Virus record (IMG/VR): IMGVR_UViG_2579778554_000010
DNA: 49,778 nt
Strand: one strand, 5' to 3'
Origin: a virus
Lineage: Duplodnaviria > Heunggongvirae > Uroviricota > Caudoviricetes
In this document: one piece after another, positions 35,553 to 45,183 of the stretch
Numbering within the stretch: the first letter of the stretch is position 1
Layout: the number at the start of each line of letters is the position of its first letter
The notes under the pieces: generated by a model
Told to the model about the DNA's origin: nothing
The model's input: only the letters and a program-made list of their open reading frames with translations
The model's database searches: none
Position numbers and translations under genes: made by a program

Positions 35553-36581
35553 ATGGGATTGTTTACGACCCGCCAGTTACTCGGTTATACCGAACAAAAA
35601 GTGAAATTCCGTGCGCTGTTTCTGGAGCTGTTTTTCCGCCGTACGGTGAATTTCCACACCGAAGAGGTGATGCTGGACAAAATTACCGGAAAAACGCCGG
35701 TGGCGGCCTATGTCTCCCCGATCGTTGAAGGAAAAGTGCTTCGCCATCGCGGTGGTGAAACCCGCGTGTTACGTCCGGGCTACGTCAAGCCCAAACACGA
35801 ATTTAATTACCAGCAGGCGGTTGAGCGCCTTCCTGGTGAAGATCCGGCTCAGCTGAACGACCCGGCCTACCGTCGTCTGCGTATCATTACCGATAACCTC
35901 AAACAGGAAGAGCACGCCATTGTCCAGGTGGAAGAAATGCAGGCGGTGAATGCCGTGCTGTATGGCAAATACACCATGGAAGGGGATCAGTTTGATACTG
36001 TCGAGGTGGATTTCGGGCGCTCTGAAGGAAATAACATTGAGCAGGCTGACGGTAAAAAATGGTCTGAGCAGGACCGTGATACGTTTGATCCGACGCATGA
36101 TATTGACCTCTACTGCGATCAGGCCAGCGGCCTTGTGAATATCGCCATTATGGACGGTACGGTCTGGCGTCTGCTGAATGGCTTTAAGCTGTTCCGCGAA
36201 AAACTGGATACCCGTCGCGGCTCAAATTCACAACTCGAAACGGCAGTGAAAGACCTGGGGGCGGTGGTGTCCTTCAAGGGGTATTACGGCGATCTGGCCA
36301 TTGTGGTGGCGAAAACGTCTTATGTGGCAGAGGACGGTACCGAAAAACGTTATCTGCCGGAGGGCACACTGGTCCTGGGGAATACGGCAGCAGAGGGCAT
36401 TCGTTGCTATGGTGCCATTCAGGATGCGCAGGCGTTGTCCGAAGGTGTGGTGGCCTCTTCCCGTTATCCGAAACACTGGCTGACCGTGGGCGATCCGGCC
36501 CGTGAATTCACCATGACGCAGTCCGCACCGCTGATGGTGCTGCCGGATCCGGATGAGTTTGTGGTGGTACAGGTGAAATAA
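35553..36581 (+). CDS. E: Major capsid protein E
   Basis: 342 aa, lambda gpE-like throughout (PGYVKPKHE, TGDPAREFTMTQSAPLM). Confidence 0.95.
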   Translation: MGLFTTRQLLGYTEQKVKFRALFLELFFRRTVNFHTEEVMLDKITGKTPVAAYVSPIVEGKVLRHRGGETRVLRPGYVKPKHEFNYQQAVERLPGEDPAQLNDPAYRRLRIITDNLKQEEHAIVQVEEMQAVNAVLYGKYTMEGDQFDTVEVDFGRSEGNNIEQADGKKWSEQDRDTFDPTHDIDLYCDQASGLVNIAIMDGTVWRLLNGFKLFREKLDTRRGSNSQLETAVKDLGAVVSFKGYYGDLAIVVAKTSYVAEDGTEKRYLPEGTLVLGNTAAEGIRCYGAIQDAQALSEGVVASSRYPKHWLTVGDPAREFTMTQSAPLMVLPDPDEFVVVQVK

Positions 36582-36632
36582 TCCGTGAGCGGGGGCGAAA
36601 TGCCCCCGTGTCTTTTTTCACAGGAGGCTGAG

Positions 36633-37016
36633 ATGGCAACAAAAGAAGAAAATCTGAATCGTCTTCGTCAACTGGCTGGCCTGCTGGGGCGCGAGGCGGA
36701 TATGTCGGGGAGTGCTGCGGATATTGCTCAACGTGTGTCTGAGTGGGAAGAGGAGCTTGCTGTTTCCCCGGAGGGCATTATGCACTCTGATGAGAGCGGG
36801 GCTGATCAAAATCACACAGACGATGGTGAGCAGTTGCACAACACTGATGCTACGGATGATGTTAAAGCGGTCCGTGTGCGGAAATGCCTGCATGTGATGG
36901 GGTATTGCCCGGAGACAGGCCGTCCCGTTGAACTGACGTACCGGGGCATGCGTGTTATGGTGCCATCACCACTGGCGACAGCCATGATACAGCACGGAAC
37001 GGCTGAGCATGCGTGA
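36633..37016 (+). CDS. FI: DNA packaging protein FI
   Basis: Position between E and FII; start at the internal ATG (MATKEENLNRLRQLAG) with GGAGG RBS. Confidence 0.7.
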   Translation: MATKEENLNRLRQLAGLLGREADMSGSAADIAQRVSEWEEELAVSPEGIMHSDESGADQNHTDDGEQLHNTDATDDVKAVRVRKCLHVMGYCPETGRPVELTYRGMRVMVPSPLATAMIQHGTAEHA

Positions 37017-37362
37017 TTTTCAGAATGCCTTTGATGCTGCCCTTGCCGGGGTGGACAGCACGATTGTTGAAGTGATGGGGATCCGTGCGCAGTTCACCTC
37101 CGGAGCACAACGTGGCGGCGAAGTTCAGGGGGTTTTTGACGATCCGGAGTCGCTGGGTTTTGCCGGTGGCGGGGTCCGTATTGAAGGAAGCAGCCCGTCA
37201 TTATTTGTGCGGACGGATACGGTGCGTGCCGTGCGGCGTGGTGACACGCTGACCATTAACGGCGAGATGTTCTGGGTGGATCGTGTTTCTCCGGATGACG
37301 GGGGAAGCTGTTATCTCTGGCTCAACCGTGGGCAACCACCCGCTGTTAACCGGCGACGATAA
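37009..37362 (+). CDS. FII: Head-tail connector FII
   Basis: 117 aa; C-terminus FWVDRVSPDDGGSCYLWLNRGQPPAVNRRR nearly matches lambda gpFII. Confidence 0.9.
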   Translation: MRDFQNAFDAALAGVDSTIVEVMGIRAQFTSGAQRGGEVQGVFDDPESLGFAGGGVRIEGSSPSLFVRTDTVRAVRRGDTLTINGEMFWVDRVSPDDGGSCYLWLNRGQPPAVNRRR

Positions 37363-37377
37363 ACGCAGGGTGAAATT

Positions 37378-37911
37378 ATGGCGATAAAAGGGCTTGATCA
37401 GGCGATTGATAATCTGAGCCGGGTTCGTAAAAACGCCATTCCGGCGGCTTCAGCAATGGCCATTAACCGCGTGGCCACAACGGCGATTAATCAGTCTTCA
37501 TCACAGGTTGCCCGGGAGACAAAGGTACGCCGGAAACTGGTAAAGGAACGGTCCAGACTGAAACGGGCGACGGTCAGAAATCCGAACGCAAAAATTATCG
37601 TTAACCGCGGTGATCTTCCAGTGATTAAGCTGGGGATCAGGATGCTGGGCCGTCGTCCGAACAGCATACTTAAAGCCGGTCAGCATCGGTATCAGCGGGC
37701 ATTCATTCAGCGATTAAAAAACGGTCGCTGGCATGTCATGCAGCGTGTGGCCGGGAAAAACCGTTACCCTATTGATGTGGTGAAAATCCCGATGGCGGCC
37801 CCACTGAAACAGGCGTTTGATGAGAATGTTGACCGTATCCGGCGTGAACGCCTGCCCGGAGAACTGGCATCCGCGCTGAAACAACAACTGAGGATTGCGA
37901 TAAAACGATGA
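37378..37911 (+). CDS. Z: Tail completion protein Z
   Basis: MAIKGLDQAIDNLSRV... resembles lambda gpZ. Confidence 0.9.
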   Translation: MAIKGLDQAIDNLSRVRKNAIPAASAMAINRVATTAINQSSSQVARETKVRRKLVKERSRLKRATVRNPNAKIIVNRGDLPVIKLGIRMLGRRPNSILKAGQHRYQRAFIQRLKNGRWHVMQRVAGKNRYPIDVVKIPMAAPLKQAFDENVDRIRRERLPGELASALKQQLRIAIKR

Positions 37912-38303
37912 AACACACTGACATTCGTGCCGCAGTGCTGGATGCACTCGAGCAGCATGAACACGGGGCGACGCTGTTTGATGGTCGCCCCGTTGTTTTT
38001 GACGAAGAGGATTTTCCTGCGATCGCGGTTTATCTGACGGATGCAGAGTATACCGGTGAAGAGCTGGATGCAGATACCTGGCGGGCCACGCTGCATATTG
38101 AGGTGTTTTTACCGGCACAGGTACCGGATTCAGAGCTTGATCAGTGGATGGAAAGCCGGATTTACCCGGCGATGACCGCGATCCCGGCACTGGCAGGACT
38201 GATTACCACGATGGTTACGCAGGGCTATGAGTATCGTCGTGATGACGATATGGCGTTATGGAGTTCTGCAGATCTGACTTATTCCATTACATACGAGATG
38301 TGA
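37908..38303 (+). CDS. U: Tail terminator protein U
   Basis: 131 aa, near-identical to lambda gpU ([28 protein letters not shown]). Confidence 0.95.
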   Translation: MKHTDIRAAVLDALEQHEHGATLFDGRPVVFDEEDFPAIAVYLTDAEYTGEELDADTWRATLHIEVFLPAQVPDSELDQWMESRIYPAMTAIPALAGLITTMVTQGYEYRRDDDMALWSSADLTYSITYEM

Positions 38304-38310
38304 GGACGAT

Positions 38311-39057
38311 ATGGCAACACCAAATCCCCTTGAGCCGGTAAAAGGTGCCGGTACCACTCTGTGGGTTTACAACGGCAAGGCTGATGCTTATGCAAACCCG
38401 TTGTCAGACGATGGCTGGCAGCGACTGGCTAAGGTGAAGGATCTGACGCCGGGCGAGATGACGGCTGAACCCTACGATGATAACTACCTGGATGATGAAG
38501 ACGCGGACTGGACCGCGACCGGGCAGGGACAGAAATCTGCAGGTGATACCAGTTTTACGCTGGCCTGGAAACCGGGAGAGGAAGGCCAGAAAGGGCTTAT
38601 AGGCTGGTTTGAAAGCGGCGATGTCCGGGCCTATAAAATCCGTTTTCCGAATGGCACGGTGGATGTGTTTCGTGGCTGGGTCAGCAGTATCGGTAAGGCC
38701 GTGACGGCGAAAGAAGTGATCACCCGCACGGTGAAAGTCACTAACGTGGGTAAACCTTCTGTAGCGGAAGAACGCAGCAAAATTACGCCGGTCACTGCGA
38801 TTAAGGTGACGCCGACAGGTACGGTTGAAAAAGGGAAAACAACCACCCTGACCGTTACTGTGGAACCGGAAAATGCAACGGATAAGACATTCAGGGCGAT
38901 TTCCGCCGATCCATCAAAAGCCACCATTAGCGTGAAAGATATGACGATTACTGTGGCGGGGGTTAAGGATGGAAAAGTCAGCATCCCTGTGATTTCCGGT
39001 AATGGTCAGTTTGCTGCGGTGGCTGAAATTACCGTTAATAATGTGCCGGGTGGCTAA
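38311..39057 (+). CDS. V: Major tail tube protein V
   Basis: Lambda gpV-like, including the C-terminal Ig-like region. Confidence 0.95.
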   Translation: MATPNPLEPVKGAGTTLWVYNGKADAYANPLSDDGWQRLAKVKDLTPGEMTAEPYDDNYLDDEDADWTATGQGQKSAGDTSFTLAWKPGEEGQKGLIGWFESGDVRAYKIRFPNGTVDVFRGWVSSIGKAVTAKEVITRTVKVTNVGKPSVAEERSKITPVTAIKVTPTGTVEKGKTTTLTVTVEPENATDKTFRAISADPSKATISVKDMTITVAGVKDGKVSIPVISGNGQFAAVAEITVNNVPGG

Positions 39058-39075
39058 AGAGCTGAGAGATAAGCG

Positions 39076-39507
39076 ATGTTCCTGAAAACAGAACAATTTG
39101 AATATAACGGTGTATCCGTCACGCTTTCTGAGCTGTCTGCGCTGCAGCGTATTGAGCATCTTGCCCTCCTGAAACGGCGGGCAGAAGAGGCTGAAGCCAG
39201 CGGCAACCTGCAGGTGAGTGTGGAAGATCTTGTCAGAACCGGCGCGTTTCTGGTGGCGATGTCCCTGTGGCATAACCATCCACAGAAAACGCAGTCACCG
39301 TCAATGAATGAGGCCGTGATGAAGATAGAGCAGGAAGTGCTCACCACCTGGCCTGCCGATGCCATTGCCCGGGCGGAAGACGTGGTGTTGTGCCTGTCCG
39401 GGATGATCGAAGCTGTTCGTCCGGATACTGATATTACTGAAGTGGCGAAAAATAACACGCTGACTGATGATGATTTTTCTGCGGGAAAGTCTTCGACGGC
39501 GAGCTGA
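39076..39507 (+). CDS. G: Tail assembly chaperone G
   Basis: MFLKTEQFEYNGVSVTLSELSALQRIEHLAL resembles lambda gpG; slippery heptamer GGGAAAG at 39483-39489 near the 3' end. Confidence 0.9.
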   Translation: MFLKTEQFEYNGVSVTLSELSALQRIEHLALLKRRAEEAEASGNLQVSVEDLVRTGAFLVAMSLWHNHPQKTQSPSMNEAVMKIEQEVLTTWPADAIARAEDVVLCLSGMIEAVRPDTDITEVAKNNTLTDDDFSAGKSSTAS

Positions 39508-39947
39508 ACTTTGCCCTCAGACTGGCGCGTGAGATGGGGAGACCCGACTGGCGCGCCATGCTTGCCGGGATGACATCCACCGAATATGCCGACTGGCACC
39601 GTTTTTACCGCACGCATTATTTTCAGGATACCCAGCTGGATATGCATTTTTCCGGGCTGACGTACGCTGTACTCAGCCTGTTTTTTTGCGATCCGGATAT
39701 GCATCCCTCTGATTTCAGTCTGCTTGTCCCCCGGCATGAGGAAGAGCAGGTGGAGAGGCCGGATGAGGACAAAATGCTGATGCAGAAAGCGGCAGGACTT
39801 GCCGGAGGCGTCCGGTTCGGTGGGGACGGAGGGCGCGATATTTTATCGTCTGTGGATGTGGCGGATGTCATGGTGGATGATGCCGCATTAATGATGGCTT
39901 CAGCGGGGATTCCGGGAGGTGTGAGATATGTCCCAGCCGGTTGGTGA
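39483..39947 (+). CDS. T: T portion of the G-T fusion (made by programmed -1 frameshift at GGGAAAG)
   Basis: The -1 frame reads through from the slippery site into the 39534..39947 ORF, as in lambda G/GT. Confidence 0.8.
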   Translation, partial: GKVFDGELNFALRLAREMGRPDWRAMLAGMTSTEYADWHRFYRTHYFQDTQLDMHFSGLTYAVLSLFFCDPDMHPSDFSLLVPRHEEEQVERPDEDKMLMQKAAGLAGGVRFGGDGGRDILSSVDVADVMVDDAALMMASAGIPGGVRYVPAGW

Positions 39948-42489
39948 TCTTGTTATTGACCTGAGTCTGGATGCTGTCCGTTTCGATGAGCAGATGAGCC
40001 GGGTAAGGCGTCATTTTTCAGGTCTGGATACCGACGCCAGAAAAACCGCCAGTGCTGTTGAACAGGGCCTGAGCCGCCAGGCGCTGGCTGCACAAAAAGC
40101 CGGGATTTCCGTCGGGCAGTATAAAGCGGCCATGCGAACCCTGCCCGCACAGTTTACGGATATCGCCACGCAGCTTGCCGGTGGTCAGAATCCCTGGCTG
40201 ATCCTGCTGCAACAGGGCGGTCAGGTGAAGGACTCCTTCGGCGGGATGATCCCCATGTTCAGGGGGCTTGCCGGTGCGATCACCCTGCCGATGGTCGGGG
40301 TCACCTCGCTGGCGGTGGCGACAGGTGCGCTGGTGTACGCCTGGTACCAGGGAGATTCCACGCTTTCAGCGTTTAATAAAACCCTGGTTCTTTCCGGTAA
40401 TCAGTCCGGACTGACTGCCGATCGCATGCTGACGCTCTCCAGAGCCGGACAGGCCGCAGGGCTGACGTTTAACCAGGCGAGTGAGTCACTGGCAGCCCTG
40501 GTGAATGCCGGTGTGCGTGGTGGTGAACAGTTTGATGCCATCAACCAGAGTGTCGCGCGTTTTGCTTCTGCATCCGGTGTGGAGGTGGACAAGGTTGCAG
40601 AGGCTTTCGGAAAACTGACCACTGACCCGACGTCGGGGCTGATTGCGATGGCGAAGCAGTTCCATAACGTGACGGCGGAGCAGATTGCGTATGTTGCTCA
40701 GTTGCAGCGTTCCGGCGATGAAGCCGGGGCATTGCAGGCGGCGAACGAGGCCGCAACGAAAGGGTTTGATGACCAGACCCGACGCTTGAAAGAGAACATG
40801 GGCACGCTGGAAACCTGGGCAGACAGGACAGCACGGGCATTCAAATCCATGTGGGATGCGGTGCTGGATATTGGTCGTCCTGATACCGCGCAGGAGATGC
40901 TGATTAAGGCAGAGGCCGCGTTTAAGAAAGCGGACGATATCTGGAATCTGCGCAAGGATGATTATTTTGTTAACGATGAAGCGCGGGCGCGTTACTGGGA
41001 TGATCGTGAAAAGGCCCGTCTTGCGCTTGAAGCCGCCCGAAAGAAGGCTGAGCAGCAGAGTCAACAGGACAAAAATGCGCAGCAGCAGAGCGATACCGAA
41101 GCGTCACGGCTGAAATATACCGAAGAGGCGCAGAAGGCTTACGAACGGCTGCAGACGCCGCTGGAGAAATATACCGCCCGTCAGGAAGAACTGAACAAGG
41201 CACTGAAAGACGGGAAAATCCTGCAGGCGGATTACAACACGCTGATGGCGGCGGCGAAAAAGGATTATGAAGCGACGCTGAAAAAGCCGAAACAGTCCGG
41301 CGTGAAGGTGTCTGCGGGCGATCGTCAGGAAGACAGTGCTCATGCTGCCCTGCTGACGCTTCAGGCAGAACTCCGGACGCTGGAGAAGCATGCCGGAGCA
41401 AATGAGAAAATCAGCCAGCAGCGCCGGGATTTGTGGAAGGCGGAGAGTCAGTTCGCGGTACTGGAGGAGGCGGCGCAACGTCGCCAGCTGTCTGCACAGG
41501 AGAAATCCCTGCTGGCGCATAAAGATGAGACGCTGGAGTACAAACGCCAGCTGGCTGCACTTGGCGACAAGGTTACGTATCAGGAGCGCCTGAACGCGCT
41601 GGCGCAGCAGGCGGATAAATTCGCACAGCAGCAACGGGCAAAACGGGCCGCCATTGATGCGAAAAGCCGGGGGCTGACTGACCGGCAGGCAGAACGGGAA
41701 GCCACGGAACAGCGCCTGAAGGAACAGTATGGCGATAATCCGCTGGCGCTGAATAACGTCATGTCAGAGCAGAAAAAGACCTGGGCGGCTGAAGACCTGC
41801 TTCGCGGGAACTGGATGGCAGGCCTCAGGTCCGGCTGGAGTGAGTGGGAAGAGAGTGCCACGGACAGTATGTCGCAGGTAAAAAGTGCAGCCACGCAGAC
41901 CTTTGACGGTATTGCACAGAATATGGCAGCGATGCTGACCGGCAGCGAACAGAACTGGCGTGGTTTCACCCGTTCTGTGCTGTCCATGCTGACAGAGATT
42001 TTTCTGAAGCAGGCGATGGTGGGGATTGTCGGGAGTATCGGCAGCGCTATTGGCGGGGCTGTTGGTGGCGGCGCATCCGCGTCAGGCGGTACAGCCATTC
42101 AGGCCGCTGCGGCGAAATTCCATTTTGCAACCGGAGGATTTACGGGAACCGGCGGCAAATATGAGCCAGCGGGGATTGTTCACCGTGGTGAATTTGTCTT
42201 CACGAAGGAGGCAACCAGCCGGATTGGTGTCGGCAACCTGTATCGTCTGATGCGCGGGTATGCGGAAGGTGGTTATGTCGGCGGTGCCGGAAGTCCGGCG
42301 CAGATGCGGCGGGCCGAAGGTATTAATTTTAATCAGAACAATCACGTGGTGATTCAGAACGACGGTATCAACGGACAGGCGGGGTCGCAGCTGATGAAGG
42401 CGGTGTATGACATGGCCCGCAAGGGGGCACAGGATGAACTCCGGCTGCAGTTGCGTGATGGCGGTCTGTTATCAGGGAGCGGTCGATGA
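39928..42489 (+). CDS. H: Tail tape measure protein H
   Basis: 853 aa, same length as lambda gpH; position after G-T. Confidence 0.95.
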   Translation: MSQPVGDLVIDLSLDAVRFDEQMSRVRRHFSGLDTDARKTASAVEQGLSRQALAAQKAGISVGQYKAAMRTLPAQFTDIATQLAGGQNPWLILLQQGGQVKDSFGGMIPMFRGLAGAITLPMVGVTSLAVATGALVYAWYQGDSTLSAFNKTLVLSGNQSGLTADRMLTLSRAGQAAGLTFNQASESLAALVNAGVRGGEQFDAINQSVARFASASGVEVDKVAEAFGKLTTDPTSGLIAMAKQFHNVTAEQIAYVAQLQRSGDEAGALQAANEAATKGFDDQTRRLKENMGTLETWADRTARAFKSMWDAVLDIGRPDTAQEMLIKAEAAFKKADDIWNLRKDDYFVNDEARARYWDDREKARLALEAARKKAEQQSQQDKNAQQQSDTEASRLKYTEEAQKAYERLQTPLEKYTARQEELNKALKDGKILQADYNTLMAAAKKDYEATLKKPKQSGVKVSAGDRQEDSAHAALLTLQAELRTLEKHAGANEKISQQRRDLWKAESQFAVLEEAAQRRQLSAQEKSLLAHKDETLEYKRQLAALGDKVTYQERLNALAQQADKFAQQQRAKRAAIDAKSRGLTDRQAEREATEQRLKEQYGDNPLALNNVMSEQKKTWAAEDLLRGNWMAGLRSGWSEWEESATDSMSQVKSAATQTFDGIAQNMAAMLTGSEQNWRGFTRSVLSMLTEIFLKQAMVGIVGSIGSAIGGAVGGGASASGGTAIQAAAAKFHFATGGFTGTGGKYEPAGIVHRGEFVFTKEATSRIGVGNLYRLMRGYAEGGYVGGAGSPAQMRRAEGINFNQNNHVVIQNDGINGQAGSQLMKAVYDMARKGAQDELRLQLRDGGLLSGSGR

Positions 42490-42815
42490 AAACCTTTCGC
42501 TGGAAAGTGAAGCCGGATATGGAGGTGAACTCGCAGCCATCGGTGCGTGAAGTGCGTTTTGGTGACGGGTACTCACAGCGTATGGCGGCAGGGCTGAATG
42601 CTGACCTGAAAACATACAGGGTGACGCTTTCCGTGACCCGGGAGGAGGCCCGGCATCTGGAAGCGTTCCTGGCAGAGCACGGTGGCTGGAAGGCATTTTT
42701 GTGGAAGCCACCCTATGCATACCGGCAGATAAAGGTGACCTGTGCCGGGTGGTCTGCGCGGGTCGGGATGTTGCGCGTTGAGTTCAGCGCGGAGTTTAAG
42801 CAGGTGGTGAACTGA
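42486..42815 (+). CDS. M: Minor tail protein M
   Basis: 109 aa, lambda gpM-like. Confidence 0.9.
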   Translation: MKTFRWKVKPDMEVNSQPSVREVRFGDGYSQRMAAGLNADLKTYRVTLSVTREEARHLEAFLAEHGGWKAFLWKPPYAYRQIKVTCAGWSARVGMLRVEFSAEFKQVVN

Positions 42816-43513
42816 TGCAGGATATTCGCGAAGAAAGTCTGAACGAGTCGGTTAAGTCAGAGCAGTCACCGCGGGTGGTACTCTGGGAAATCGACCTGAC
42901 GGTACAGGGTGGTGAGCGGTATTTTTTCTGTAATGAGCTGAATGAAAAAGGGGAGCCGGTCACCTGGCAGGGGCGTAAGTATGAGGCATACCCGATTGAC
43001 GGCAGCGGCTTTGAGATGAACGGCCGGGGCAGCAGTGCCAGACCGTCGCTGACGGTGTCCAATCTGTTCGGTCTGGTCACCGGGATGGCGGAAGACCTGC
43101 AGAGTCTGGTGGGGGCCACGGTGGTCCGCCGCCGGGTGTATGCCCGTTTTCTGGATGCGGTGAATTTCGTTGCGGGCAATCCGGAGGCGGACCCGGAGCA
43201 GGAGCTGAGTGACCGCTGGGTGGTGGAGCAGATGTCGCAGCTGACAGCCATGACGGCCTCGTTTGTGCTGGCTACACCGACCGAGACGGACGGGGCGCTG
43301 TTTCCCGGTCGCATCATGCTGGCGAACACCTGTATGTGGGATTACCGGGGAGATGAATGCGGGTATAACGGTCCTGCGGTGGCGGATGAGTTCGACAACC
43401 CCACCACGGATATCCGTAAGGACAGATGCAGCAAGTGCATGCGCGGGTGTGAGATGCGCGGCATGGTGGCTAATTTTGGCGGTTTCCTTTCCATTAACAA
43501 ACTTTCGCAGTAA
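42815..43513 (+). CDS. L: Minor tail protein L
   Basis: 232 aa, lambda gpL-like. Confidence 0.9.
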   Translation: MQDIREESLNESVKSEQSPRVVLWEIDLTVQGGERYFFCNELNEKGEPVTWQGRKYEAYPIDGSGFEMNGRGSSARPSLTVSNLFGLVTGMAEDLQSLVGATVVRRRVYARFLDAVNFVAGNPEADPEQELSDRWVVEQMSQLTAMTASFVLATPTETDGALFPGRIMLANTCMWDYRGDECGYNGPAVADEFDNPTTDIRKDRCSKCMRGCEMRGMVANFGGFLSINKLSQ

Positions 43514-43518
43514 ATCCA

Positions 43519-44262
43519 ATGACACAGACAGAATCAGCGATTCTGGCGCATGCCCGGCGGTGTGTGCCTGCGGAGTCGTGCGGCTTAGTGGTGAGAACGC
43601 CGGAGGGGGAGCGGTATATCCCTTGTGTGAATATCTCTGCAGAGCCGGAGGCGTATTTTCGTATTGCACCGGAAGACTGGCTGCGGGCAGAGATGCAGGG
43701 GGAGATTGTGGCACTGGTCCACAGTCATCCCGGTGGGCTGCCCTGGCTGAGCGAGGCTGACCGGCGGCTGCAGATAAAAAGCGCACTGCCCTGGTGGCTG
43801 GTCTGCCGGGGTGACATTCACAAATTCCGCTGCGTGCCGCACCTGACGGGACGGCGCTTTGAGCACGGGGTGACGGACTGTTACACCCTGTTCCGGGATG
43901 CATACCATCTGGCGGGGACTGAAATGCCGGATTTTCATCGCGAGGATGACTGGTGGCGCAACGGTCAGAACCTTTACCTGGACAATATGGCGGTCACCGG
44001 CTTTTACCGGGTGCCCCTGTCCTCTGCACAGGCGGGCGATATTCTGCTGTGCTGCTTTGGTGCTTCGGTACCGAACCATGCCGCCATTTACTGCGGCAAC
44101 GGTGAGCTGCTTCACCATCTGCCTGAACAACTGAGTAAACGGGAGAGGTATTCCGAAAAATGGCAACGACGAACGCATTCTGTCTGGCGTCACCGCCACT
44201 GGCACGCATCTGCCTTCACGGGGATTTGCAACGATTTGGCCGCCGCCTCAGCCTGTATGTGA
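43519..44262 (+). CDS. K: Tail tip assembly protein K (NlpC/P60 and MPN-like)
   Basis: Lambda gpK-like; 3' overlap of 103 nt with I, the same overlap length as in lambda. Confidence 0.9.
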   Translation: MTQTESAILAHARRCVPAESCGLVVRTPEGERYIPCVNISAEPEAYFRIAPEDWLRAEMQGEIVALVHSHPGGLPWLSEADRRLQIKSALPWWLVCRGDIHKFRCVPHLTGRRFEHGVTDCYTLFRDAYHLAGTEMPDFHREDDWWRNGQNLYLDNMAVTGFYRVPLSSAQAGDILLCCFGASVPNHAAIYCGNGELLHHLPEQLSKRERYSEKWQRRTHSVWRHRHWHASAFTGICNDLAAASACM

Positions 44263-44840
44263 ACACGGCAGCGGAAGCCATTCGCGCCCTGTCGATGCAG
44301 ATGCCGGGCTTTCGCCGTCAGATGAACGAAGGCTGGTACCAGATACGTATTGCCGGTGATGACACGGCACCGGAGGCGGTGTATGCCCGTCTTCACGAAC
44401 AGCTGGGTGAGGGAACGGTCATCCACATTGTGCCGCGACTGGCCGGGGCCGGAAAGGGTGGACTGCAGATTGTGCTGGGGGCGGCAGCCATCGTGGGCTC
44501 TTTCTTCACGGCCGGAGGCTCGATGGCGTTATGGGGTACAGCCCTGAGTGCCGGTGGTTTTTCTGCCACCACGATGCTGTTTTCACTGGGTGCCAGCATG
44601 ATACTGGGCGGAGTGGCCCAGATGCTGGCCCCGAAGGCAAAAACACCGGATTACCGCGCAACGGATAACGGCAGACAGAACACGTACTTTTCCTCGCTGG
44701 ATAACATGATTGCCCAGGGGAACCCGATGCCGGTGCCTTACGGGGAAATGCTGGTTGGCTCCCGCCGTATATCCCAGGACATCAGTACCCGTGATGAAGG
44801 CGGGGGCGGAAAGGTCGTGGTTATCGGGCGGCAGGGGTAA
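44160..44840 (+). CDS. I: Tail tip assembly protein I
   Basis: Lambda gpI-like (ARICLHGDLQRFGRR, NTYFSSLDNMIAQGN). Confidence 0.9.
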   Translation: MATTNAFCLASPPLARICLHGDLQRFGRRLSLYVNTAAEAIRALSMQMPGFRRQMNEGWYQIRIAGDDTAPEAVYARLHEQLGEGTVIHIVPRLAGAGKGGLQIVLGAAAIVGSFFTAGGSMALWGTALSAGGFSATTMLFSLGASMILGGVAQMLAPKAKTPDYRATDNGRQNTYFSSLDNMIAQGNPMPVPYGEMLVGSRRISQDISTRDEGGGGKVVVIGRQG

Positions 44841-44857
44841 AAAGAATAAAAAAATCC

Positions 44858-44895
44858 CGCAGTGATCGCGGACAGGAACTGCGGGAGAGTTACGA
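44858..44895 (-). terminator. Minus-strand terminator-like hairpin in the I-J spacer
   Basis: CCCGCAG...CTGCGGG stem followed by a T-run on the minus strand. Confidence 0.4.
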
Positions 44896-45048
44896 AGATT
44901 AAGTGTAAGGAATTATTCTTATATCACGACAAAAAAATTAACGCAGAGAAATTATACGCGCCACAGTCAGTTTGTGAAAATGTGAAGATATTCAGAATTT
45001 TTATGCCATTACCGGTTTTAACCAACAGGATTATCGGTGGGCATGAAA

Positions 45049-45085
45049 GAAAACCCCGGTATCTGCTGATACCGGGGTTTCTCTT
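45049..45085. terminator. Perfect 12-bp hairpin flanked by T-rich runs on both strands (bidirectional terminator-like)
   Basis: AAACCCCGGTATC-TGCT-GATACCGGGGTTT followed by CTCTTT; on the minus strand followed by TTTCTTTC. Confidence 0.45.
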
Positions 45086-45183
45086 TAGCATGGCAGAAAT
45101 GTGTTTCATGCTTTTCGGGCGAAGGATATCCGACTTCTGTACGGAATGGCAAGTGGCGGTTAATTTATTCAGGGGAAGGCTGT

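Noticed and set aside
42866-43903. 345-aa minus-strand ORF spanning the L and K genes
   Set aside because: Antisense across two well-supported tail genes, with low-complexity translation.
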